From Blepharisma stoltei ATCC 30299 (lineage: Eukaryota; Protista; Ciliophora): a DNA stretch of 64,000 nt. The notes beneath the pieces were generated by a model. It was not told where the DNA came from. It ran no database searches and saw only the letters and a list, made by a program, of their open reading frames with translations. Positions within the stretch are counted from its first letter, which is position 1, and every line of letters begins with the position of its first letter. Positions 36,301-45,303 of the stretch are shown here, one piece after another. Location: NCBI GenBank assembly GCA_965603825.1, contig CBFDEM010000021.1, positions 496,001 through 560,000 on the forward strand. Direction: 5' to 3'. A program made the position numbers and the translations under genes.

Positions 36301-37618
36301 ATTTCCATAGGAGCCGCATATCCAAAGAAGGTTCCACCACTACTAAGTCCCAAAAACTGGAGATCCTCGTTCTGGGCAGCTTTTAGCGTCACCGTTTTCT
36401 TTCTCTTTTGGCTCATAAAAATGAAAGTCAGATAAAAGCAATCAATGATGCCAGTACCATTTAGGTGGGCATATAAAGTGGCTTTCGAATTCAGAACATC
36501 ATATATGGGCGTTTAATATTATGGTCGATCCTCGTGCAACAGATGCAATTTGTGAGTTCTTGCATGAAAAGAATAGAAAATTATCTGAAGATATTGATAA
36601 GATTAGCAAAGAAGTTGCGTTATTAACAGGCGAACTAAAAAGGCTTGAAGATGAAAAAGCTGAAAATATAAAAATATTAAAATTAGTGGAGTCATGCGAA
36701 AGTGTGCTAAAACAAAATTTGAGTGAATTTGATAAAATTTTAATAAATGAGCCATGAGAAGCCCTAAGAAAATTTTCTGAGCTTTACGAAAACAAAAAGA
36801 TTTACGACTATGCTAAATCTTCATTGCCTTTCACTAAGTCTTTTAGATATTTTTCTGATAATTCAAAAACTGAGATGAGCTATATTGCTTTTCCAAGAGC
36901 AGGCACATCAGAACTTATTTATTTAAATTTAGAAGATATGACTTCACAGTCAGTATCAATTAAGTGGCTCCAAAATCTGCAATTGTTTGGCTATACTCCT
37001 ATCCCTGGCCGCAAGTGTTTATTCTTTTATGGAGGATATAATACCGGCTTAAGACAATCAACTGGAAGAACTTTTTATTTAACCGACGATCAACAAATTA
37101 TAGATTTGCCAGATGGCAAACCTGCTTGTGATCTTGCGATAATTTACCATAAGGATTTTGTATATGCTTTGGGAGGAAATAATGATAAAGTATCAGCGAA
37201 ATTCAATTTGGAACTTAACAAGTGGGAATATTTATGGCCACTTCCTGAAGGGGATTATCGCGAATCTATAATTACTGGTTATAAAAATTATATTTTAATA
37301 ACTGCAAGATATTTAGATAAAGTTATTAGATATAGCATCAAAAACGATTATTATGCTGATATCCAAAATTTGACCCTAAAAGGAGATGCCATAAAACTAT
37401 TAATTTCGAGCGATGACAAAGTGTTTGTTATTGAACTATGTGGAAATATTTATCAGAATATAAATCAATCCTTAAAAAAATGAGAAAGGGTTGGCAGAAA
37501 TGATGTGCTGAATTGTAGCATTCCTACATATACAGTAAGATTTAGAAATAATTTTATTGTGTCAATTTGGAAAATCAGCTGATTAAATTTAATCTGAAGA
37601 AAAGATCATTTAAAATAA
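33339..37618 (+). CDS. Cys/His Zn-finger + coiled-coil + Kelch-like protein, interrupted by an insertion (segments 33339-33762 and 36444-37618)
   Basis: The ATG 33339 frame joins 36444 in frame after removing the element plus one TSD: ...CTYPNCLERAEFICKCTDKSN|QWCQYHLGGH...; Kelch GG/YxxGG motifs lie downstream. Confidence 0.8.
33748..33762 (+). repeat. Target-site duplication, left copy CAGATAAAAGCAATC
   Basis: Exact 15-bp match to 36429-36443. Confidence 0.95.
33799..35994 (-). CDS. Element ORF2-like remnant: LINE C-terminal Zn knuckle + about 440-aa Q/P/S/T repeat + C-terminal tail (731 aa)
   Basis: Track ORFs 35521-35811 and 34189-35433 join via TGA and stay open to TAA at 33799-33801. 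Confidence 0.65.
34004..35788 (+). CDS. Antisense Cys-rich (CxxC-repeat, metallothionein-like) ORF, 594 aa
   Basis: Hand translation finds no TAA/TAG from ATG 34004 to TAA 35786-35788; about 120 Cys codons in 34261-35520. Coding status is unproven. Confidence 0.35.
34255..35520. repeat. Degenerate 9-nt-period repeat with a higher-order ~465-470 bp duplication
   Basis: GTCTGTATCGGTTGTGATAC at ~34616 and ~35087; GGCAGTTGGTCTGATTG at ~34901 and ~35366. Confidence 0.85.
35982..36416 (-). CDS. Element 5' ORF (ORF1/Gag-like N-terminal fragment, 144 aa)
   Basis: ATG is 12 nt from the element 5' end; RQLPSGDAMVIFTS..AKKKAL resembles the degenerate RRM-like region of LINE ORF1 proteins. Confidence 0.55.
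   Translation of the reverse strand: MSQKRKKTVTLKAAQNEDLQFLGLSSGGTFFGYAAPMEILPEIQENHLLEHAIKVYLSKYARKDDLASKRELYSALMLALEQATKPGEILRCRQLPSGDAMVIFTSSQAKKKALDSGKIAVRHGAQTRIVPLGPVGKIGQICTW
36429..36443 (+). repeat. Target-site duplication, right copy
   Basis: Exact match to 33748-33762. Confidence 0.95.
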
Positions 37619-38116
37619 AAGTACAATAAAGTTGAGAAAGCTATTGAACCATCACTGTTAGATGAATAAATATTTAATATAATTTATTATTATAGCTGTT
37701 TAGCGCTCTTATGATCACTTTAAATTAAGCTGAATTGATTTTTTTGCAAGTTTATATCCAATACTGCAATTATATTCTCCTGGGCAATTCTGAGTTCTTT
37801 TTATTAATTTTTCAAGGATATCAAGAATTTTCATTTTCCTTAGGGATTGCAGGCTAAGCGTTTACTCTTCTTTTTAGAGCTAGAGTCAATAGATTCACTT
37901 TCAGAATCATTTGAATAATTAGAGTTAATTAGATACGGTGACCTTTGTTCTAATAAACTATTTTTTTTGGCACTCATTATCTGATTGCTAATTTTCGCTA
38001 TACAATTTTGTGTGCATAATAAACTTGGCACTCAAATGACAGTATCTTTTGTAGATATTGAAATATATATTGAATAATTAATGGACTGTAATTAGGTCGC
38101 TATTAAAATTTTATCT

Positions 38117-39004
38117 ATGAAAGCTCAGGTAGCAATCATGGCACTTTTAAAATTGAAAAACATAAGGAAATCAAATCTACGTGAAATCATAGAGACTTCA
38201 GATTTATTTAACAAAGACTTAAATGAGCTATATGAAATTGTTCGTGAAAAACTAAAAAGTTCCCAAAATTTCAATGAATGGAAAAAGATTTATAAAATCT
38301 CATCAAATGAATTTTTGCAAGCCGAGTTATTTGATATAAAAATAATCACAATCCTAGATAAAGAATTTCCAGATCAATTGAAAAAAATTCCTGATCCTCC
38401 TATGATTCTATTTGGAAAAGGTGACATTTCTCTATTAAAATTTCCTTCTCAGGTTGCAGTTGTAGGCACTAGATACCCAACTTCATATGGCTCACAGCTA
38501 TCATATGAAATAAGCTCACAATTAACACAAAACAGTATCTTAATAGTGAGTGGCCTGGCCTTAGGAATTGATACACAAGCTCATTTGGGGTGCTTACAAA
38601 ATCAGGGTAAAACAATCTCTGTTTTATCTCATGGATTAGACTATATCTATCCACCTGAAAATAAAGTATTAGCTCAAAAAATCATTGATAATGGAGGATT
38701 ATTGCTCAGTGAATATCCTCCAGGAACAAAGCCTAAGAAATTTAGATTTTTAGCCAGAAATAGAATTCAAAGTGGATTGTCGCAAGCTGTTGTGGTGATA
38801 GAGGCTAAAAAAGGTGGGGGAACCACTACTACTATTAAACATTGCATTAAACAAGGAAAAATTTTATATTGTGTAAACCCAGGAAATGAAGGAAATAAAG
38901 CAGATTTCGCAGCAAATTTCTTTTTCATTGAAAATGGAAATGCTAAAAGTTTGGAAAATGGAGAAATCCAAGATTTGTTGCAAGATATCAGAAATACTAA
39001 TTAA
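38117..39004 (+). CDS. dprA: DNA-processing protein DprA/Smf (bacterial type)
   Basis: DPPMILFGKG, VAVVGTR, IVSGLALGIDTQAH, LLSEYPPG and FLARNRIQSGLSQAVVVIEA. Confidence 0.92.
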   Translation: MKAQVAIMALLKLKNIRKSNLREIIETSDLFNKDLNELYEIVREKLKSSQNFNEWKKIYKISSNEFLQAELFDIKIITILDKEFPDQLKKIPDPPMILFGKGDISLLKFPSQVAVVGTRYPTSYGSQLSYEISSQLTQNSILIVSGLALGIDTQAHLGCLQNQGKTISVLSHGLDYIYPPENKVLAQKIIDNGGLLLSEYPPGTKPKKFRFLARNRIQSGLSQAVVVIEAKKGGGTTTTIKHCIKQGKILYCVNPGNEGNKADFAANFFFIENGNAKSLENGEIQDLLQDIRNTN

Positions 39005-39134
39005 TAAATTGGCTATAAACAAAATAATTCTTCAATAGACTTTTCATAAAAATAATTATTAGCATTTAGATCATATTTTTAAGCAAAGCGCTTTCTGACT
39101 ATTTTTTATTCTAAATTTCAGTAAAAATAATAAA

Positions 39135-39944
39135 ATGGAACTTGCATCTCTTAACAGACTAGCTGTACTTTCAAGGCAAGATTCAAGGAAAACTAGCAAC
39201 TGCCGCTATGGATACTCAGCTATGAAATTAATACATTTTTTGCGTTCAAAAAGCAGAGAAGGTAGCAATGTATTTAAGAAAATTCCTCAATACAATTATG
39301 ACTTTTCTAACCATATCAGAGAGAAGCTTAAAATTTCTAGTGATTTTCCCCAAGTTAAGACTAATTTAGTGATTCCAACGTCGTCTTCTATGAAAAATTT
39401 CTTGCCTGGGATAAAGGAAACAAAATTAGCTGCGAATTCTCAAACTAAATCTTCTAAAATAATTCGGATTCCAGCAAAAGAAGAAATCACACCTAATAGA
39501 GTTAGGGTTGATAAAACATCTGCTTATTTTTCTAATGTTATCAAGCCAACAAAAACATTTGAAACTAGTCAGTTATCAAACGTAAAAATGACAGAAACGA
39601 AGAAAAAGTCGTTTTTAAACCTTAATATTAAATCTTTGAGCCCGATTTCTTCAAGAAAAGTTGATGATATTCTTGAAGAATTTACTCCTATTATGAAACG
39701 TTTTAAAAATTACGAAAAACGCATCAAAAAAAAATTGGAAACTTCCTATGATAGACTCTCGCAAAGTAATATTTCATCTTCAAGAAACAAAGTCAGGGAA
39801 ACCCCCATAGTTAAAAAAAGAAAGCCTGATGCAATAATCACAGAACCTTCCGATAGTGAAGAAATCATAGGATGGGATAAAGACACAGATTCAAGTTATT
39901 CCGAAACCCCAACATTGACAAGTAGATTTTCTCACAATGTATAA
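39135..39944 (+). CDS. Hypothetical Ser/Lys-rich protein
   Basis: 269-aa ORF. Confidence 0.65.
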   Translation: MELASLNRLAVLSRQDSRKTSNCRYGYSAMKLIHFLRSKSREGSNVFKKIPQYNYDFSNHIREKLKISSDFPQVKTNLVIPTSSSMKNFLPGIKETKLAANSQTKSSKIIRIPAKEEITPNRVRVDKTSAYFSNVIKPTKTFETSQLSNVKMTETKKKSFLNLNIKSLSPISSRKVDDILEEFTPIMKRFKNYEKRIKKKLETSYDRLSQSNISSSRNKVRETPIVKKRKPDAIITEPSDSEEIIGWDKDTDSSYSETPTLTSRFSHNV

Positions 39945-39977
39945 ATAATTACTGCGAATTCTTAATTAAACCTTATA

Positions 39978-40323
39978 TTATACCTTAACAGGAGTTACGA
40001 GCTTATTCAAAAATTTATAAATTTTTGATTTAATTCAGTCTTTATTGTGAGGTGCAAAAGTCCTTGTTTCTTCATTAAATACCAAGCATATAATTTCTTG
40101 AATGCTGTCTAAATAATCATAGAGCTCACCTAGATTATAAGTAAAAGCAGCACGGTCTTCATAATCAGCTCTGAGTTTATCTTCAAAGCTTTTCAATACA
40201 AATTCAATGCAATTCTCAAGCGAGTTGAAGTCATAAAATAGTCTTGATTCGAATTTTTCGGTTGTTTGTATTAAGAGGAGTGTTTGGCGGTATGACTAAA
40301 TTAGAAAATACCTTTTCAGACAT
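39978..40323 (-). CDS. ERH: Enhancer of rudimentary homolog (missed by ORF track)
   Basis: MSEK|SYRQTLLLIQ...TYNLGELYDYLDSI...CLVF...FAPHNKD(W=TGA)IKSKIY, after the 16-nt intron 40296-40311. Confidence 0.88.
40296..40311 (-). other. 16-nt intron GTATTTTCTAATTTAG
   Basis: Puts ATG 40323 in frame with the ERH domain. Confidence 0.8.
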
Positions 40324-40353
40324 TTTTATTATTTAAGATTAGCTTAAGTCCCC

Positions 40354-42270
40354 CTATCTAGACTCTTCAGTTTTCACAATATCTGACGATTTTTCTTCAG
40401 CTTTTTCTGGCCTCGTCATCGCCCTTGATCTCTTTTTGGCATTACTTCTGGATTTAGTAGGAGAAGCTTTGTCTTCGTTTAAAGAGATATCAACTACGAA
40501 TTTTCTTTCTTCTAAAGTACCAAGTAGCTCTTTAATCGCAAAAGTCCCTAATCCAAGTTGCCCAACTCCATATTTCAGCATAATTTTAACGAAAATTTCT
40601 TTCTCAACCCCAACATCAGGATTTTGAGAAAGCTTTAAGCATTCGTTATAAAGTTCCATAACTTTTGCTGATTGCAGCTCTGGATCAATTCCGTTAACTG
40701 CTTTTGCAAAATCGATAATATTTAATTGCTCTATATTATGCTCTATCAAAGTTTGCCTTAAATAAGCGCCATCCCTTATTTGCCTAAACTCGTAGACATC
40801 CACCAATGCGTTTAAAAATTTTTCTTTCTTTACTACATAGTCCAAGTTTTTGGCTGCTCTTTCGTATTTTTCGAAATTAATAATTGCTTGAAATTCATCA
40901 AGCTCAATTTCTCCATTTCCAGAAGTGTCTACTTCTTGGAAAAATTTAATAATGTTTTCATTTGAAATTCATAAATCCAGCTCATTCTTTGCCCCTTTAA
41001 TAAACTCTTCACCATCGATGCTTCCGCCTTTATCTTTGTCAAGTTTATTAAATATATCTTCCGGTCTTTTTCCTTTTTTCTTCATTTTATTTGTGATGAT
41101 GAAAGCAATGATATCATTTAAATTCACTTTTTCGGGAAAAATTTTTTCAAGGACAATAGTTCCGGATTCAGGGTCGTTTTCGAATAGGCTTTGTATGTGG
41201 TCAAGAACATCAATGATCAAAGCTTCTCCACCAGTGGCAGCCTGCTCAAATTTAGCATCATGATGAGTTTTCTTTTCAGCTTTTATCTGAACTTGAGTTT
41301 TTTTACCTTCTATGACTTCTTTATGCTTATCAGCTTTTTCTATAAGAGGCTGGAATTCATATCTTGCTTTAACTAGATATAAGGCAAGATTATAAGGAAT
41401 TGGGTCTGGGTGGAAAATTTGCAATAATCTTGCAAAAAGGCAAGCATAAGGATGATTTTCACTTACAAGTGCTTTAAGTGTAGGGAGAATTCTTCCAAGA
41501 TTTTTCATTGCTAGTTTTTCAATTCCGAATTTTCTATTTAAAAATTCCATTAAAAATTCTGTCATTGTCCTTGGTTTTCTCCTGTCTCTTAGGTCTTTTA
41601 AATCAGTCTTATATTTGCTGTCCATCATTTCTTCGAAAAATTGGAAAATTTTTGCAGAAGGCATTCCTTTTCTAGCCTTAACTTCAATCTTTGCATACTC
41701 GTCCATTATAAAGTTTTCTTGTAAGAGCCTCCATTTTTCTTCTTTTATTGATTGCTGGGCTTGATATTTATATTCATCACTGATTCTTGCGAAGACTCCA
41801 GCGAATTTATCTCCAAGCCCATAAATGCCTTTGACAAAGCTTCCTGATAAGTTTGAAATATTAGCTTCTTCAAGGATTTTTACGTCCTGTGCAGCTTCGA
41901 CGTGCATATTTATTTCAATTTTATTTTCATTATTGGCATTTGATTGGATCGGGTCTCTTAAATCCTCTACTGGAGGTGCTGATTCAGTTTTTGGCTGGGT
42001 TCTGGCTGTTGAATTTGATTCTAGTACGGAGGAGTTGTCAATTATAGAAGCTTTGGTGTCTATACTTTGATGCAATTTAGTTATTGGGTCTTTCATTTCT
42101 TCAATTTCAGTTTGAGATCAATTGTCGACTGTAATTTTCGCTGGCAATTGCTCTTGGAAATTTAAAGGTTTTTTCATTACATTTAGGCGATCGATTATGC
42201 TAAATTCACTTTCTCTGTCACCTCTCTCTTTCTAAGTAATTTTTACTTCTGTGGCCTCGCAACAACCCAT
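40354..42270 (-). CDS. EF-hand family paralog A (C-module only, MGCC N-terminus)
   Basis: Joined via intron 42232-42246 and TGAs; EF loops DKDKGGSIDGEE and DTSGNGEIELDE. Confidence 0.8.
42232..42246 (-). other. 15-nt intron GTAAAAATTACTTAG
   Basis: Removes an in-frame TAG after MGCCEATE. Confidence 0.8.
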
Positions 42271-42390
42271 TTAATATTAATACAGATGGAAAAACGAGAG
42301 TAAATAATAAAAATGAAAGGAGCCATGTTTGGCACAATAATTTATAGATTAGCACAATTATATGCATAATTCAGTGATATTAAGGAGGCA

Positions 42391-43434
42391 TTAAATAGCT
42401 ACTGCATTAGTACAGTAATATGATGATGCCGGAATAAGTAAAGGGCCATCATCGCCATACAGATCTTTTTTGATTGCAGGAGTAAAACTTTCAACCCTAA
42501 ACCCTGCCTCATTTAAAATTTTTTCCATTTCCTCATTGGTCCTAACTCTTCCTCTTCCCCATGCCATCATCCCCACATCTTGCACAAAGGTTCATTTTCT
42601 AGGATTTGTTTTGTCTTTTATTCCTTCAAACCATTTAATCTTATTACCTGGCTTTAATGAATTTCTGCAATTTTTCAAAATTCTTACACAGTCAGCGTCT
42701 GTATAAATTACTAAAATATTTTTTAATAAAATACAGTCATATCCTTCTGGCACTGAGTCAAAAAAATTCCCAGGCACAGCTGTAAGTCTTTGTTCTAAAG
42801 CATTGTTTTCTATATTTTTTGTAATCGTTGACATATTTTCTGGGATTTCAAAGATTGAGCCAGTGATGTGAGGGTTTTCAAGTGCGATATTTATTAGCAG
42901 AGACCCATCACCTCCTCCTAAATCTAAGACTCTGCTAGAAGAACTTAAATCAACTGCCATTGCTTTTTTTCCTTCTATATTTGTCCATCCTGCCATTGCT
43001 TTTTCATAAAATCCCAAAATGGTTGCATTTTGAGTCAAATATTCATAGAATTTGCAACCAAAGCGAATTTCCTGGGCAGATTCCTCAACTCTGAGGGAAT
43101 CAGTAAAACTGCAGAGCAGCTCGCGTTTGTAAGGCATTAATAGGTATTTTGAAACATTATAGAGAGCCTCTATAAGAAGTTCAGATGATAATCGAGAATT
43201 CGTTCATTCATTTGTTTTAGGGTTATGGGAAAAAAATCCAAAAGATTTTAAAGCTATCATAGTTTTCTCTAATTTTTCTGGAATTGCTCCAGTGATTTCT
43301 GCTAAAATTTCAATGGATTTTGGGGTAGTTAACAACTCAGGAAGGTTGAGCTCTAAAGCCGAATAAAGAATCGCTGCTAAATCAGGACCAATTAGGTCTT
43401 GCATAATTTTGTTTCTGCGACTGATTTTATCCAT
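42391..43434 (-). CDS. SAM-dependent O-methyltransferase (COMT/HIOMT-type fold), copy 1
   Basis: Dimerisation N-terminus, VLDLGGGDG, GNFF and GRVRT; joined via two TGAs. Confidence 0.88.
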
Positions 43435-43529
43435 TTACTATTTTATAAATTCTTTACCAAATAATAGAAATAATTTTATAGTTTTTGGGTTCAAAATAAA
43501 ATTAGTGTATGAGACTCTAATTTTTATTT

Positions 43530-44090
43530 TAGCACGGCTTTCATCTCTCACAAGGTCAATCTTCTCTTATCTTCACTATTTCTCTAAGAAATCTGCTAAT
43601 TTCTTATCAATCTCCTCTAAATTTCAAGGGCACGACACAACCTCCGTGAAGCTGATTTTAAAAAAATCATTTCTAATCAATTCTCCTAGGAGTTTTTTAA
43701 CTTTCTTCGTTCAGACCACAATTCTCTATCATATGAACTTCATCCTCTTTTTCCCCTTTTCAGAAGTAATGTTCTGAGCTCTACGCTAGGCGCCTTGTAA
43801 TTTGCAACTATTCTTAAATTTAGCCTAGCTCGCAGACCAAACACTGTCCTAATGGCTGGGCACCTTTAATTGGCATTTCTTCGAAAAAATGGTAAAATTG
43901 CATTTGCACTACCTTTTCTCAGAAGCCTATATTGGGTCTAGTTGCTTTTGAAACTTCATTCATTATCCGAACTTTCATTATTTCTCTTCTCTTCACATGC
44001 TCTTATTTTTATTCAGCTTTCATGAACTGTATCAGAGCCAAGATTACATTTCTCGCACCTTAGTTCCCAGAGTCACACCGTCTCCTCATT
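43530..44090 (-). pseudogene. Decayed non-LTR retroelement 3' remnant
   Basis: Broken frames give PAIRTVFGLRARLN, EDE/VHMIENCGL and LEEIDKK, in the same order as TAIGAMHRMRAGFN, ESEEHILVDCPL and VQEIDR of the 33763-36428 element. Confidence 0.45.
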
Positions 44091-44192
44091 AGTTTTAGTA
44101 AGCTTTGAATTTTCAAAAATTGAGAAAAATGAAATTTTTTATTATTAAAATATTACTTTAATTTTTAATTAATGTGCAGCTTATTACTTAAA

Positions 44193-45230
44193 TTAAATAG
44201 CGATAGCATTAAAGCATAAGTAAGAAGCTGTAGGATCTAAAGGCGAGTTTGTGGCATCTTGCTGCATTTTTACAATAGGTGTTGCGCTTTCTAATCTAAA
44301 TCCTGATTCATTAAGCATTTTTTCTATTTCTCTTTGATTTCTAACTTTTCCTCTTCCTATTGCCATATAATTAAGATCTTGTAAAGTGCTATAAAGTTCA
44401 TGAGGGTTAATTCCGCTTGTTGTCTCCAAAAGCTTTAATTGATTTCCTCTTTCCATTGAGTTTCTGCAACTATCTAAAATTCTTTTGCAATCCCTATCGT
44501 TTCAATGAGGCAAGACATTTTTTAATATTAAACAATCATAACCTCTAGGTATTTCTCCAAAGAAATCTCCTTCAATTGCAGTAACTCGGTCTTCCATTAA
44601 ATTTTTGGTAATGTTTTCATGAATAAGGCTCATCACTTCAGGTAGTTCAAGAACGCTACCTGTAATTTGACGATTTAGCTTTGCAAGGGCAATTAAAAAA
44701 GCGCCATTCCCTCCTCCAATATCTAAAACTCTTTCAGCGTTACCTAAATTAATTTCAATTAGATTTTCTTCTTCAAAAGTAATTGAGCTATTAGCTTTTA
44801 TAAAGCCATTCAATAATTCAGGCTTTTTTCGTAAATAATTAAAATAGTCTGACCCAAATCTGATTTCTTGAGCTGATTCTTCTTGTTTTAAGGATTCGTA
44901 AAAATTGCAAAGAAGCTCGCATCTGTAAGGCATAATCCTGTATTTTGAGACTTCAAAAAAGGATTCATCAAGAAACTCAGCAGAAAGAGGAGAATTCGAC
45001 CACTCATCTGTTTGCTGGTTGTGTGAAAAATATCCAAATGCTTCAAGTCCTTGCAAAAGTCTTTCTAGTTTTTCTGGTATTGTTGAAGTTATTTGTGATA
45101 AGGTTGCAATAGTTTTTGGAGTGGATAAAAGGTGAGGTAGATTAAAATCTAATGAAGAGTATATCATGGCTGCTAGCTGAGGACCTATGAGGATTTGGAA
45201 GATTTTGGAACGGACAGTAGCTTCGTCCAT
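44193..45230 (-). CDS. SAM-dependent O-methyltransferase, copy 2
   Basis: VLDIGGGNG, GDFF, LKNVLPH(W=TGA)ND and GKVRN; paralog of copy 1. Confidence 0.88.
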
Positions 45231-45303
45231 ATTTACTATCGATAATTTGATACTTATAAAAATGGAGTTATAAGTTCAGTAATCCAGCATTTAGGATTTA
45301 TTT

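Larger units (their letters stand above)
33763..36428 (-). mobile_element. Internally deleted, non-autonomous non-LTR retrotransposon-like insertion
   Basis: 15-bp TSD, higher GC than flanks, no terminal inverted repeats. A 5' ORF is followed by a post-RT-like segment with the CxxC-x7-H-x4-C knuckle (CTTCEIAESEEHILVDCPLY). No YADD-type RT or endonuclease motifs. Confidence 0.85.

Noticed and set aside
33763-36428. DNA transposon/MITE or LTR element identity
   Set aside because: No terminal inverted repeats or LTRs and no DDE motif; a long TSD and C-terminal Zn knuckle fit non-LTR elements.
37840-38031. Small minus-strand ORF beside dprA as a partner gene
   Set aside because: Short, low complexity and no recognisable motif; no evidence of a bacterial two-gene module.
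17922-40323. YTH + ERH as a linked Mmi1-Erh1-like module
   Set aside because: They are about 21 kb and many unrelated genes apart; linkage carries no weight in this genome.
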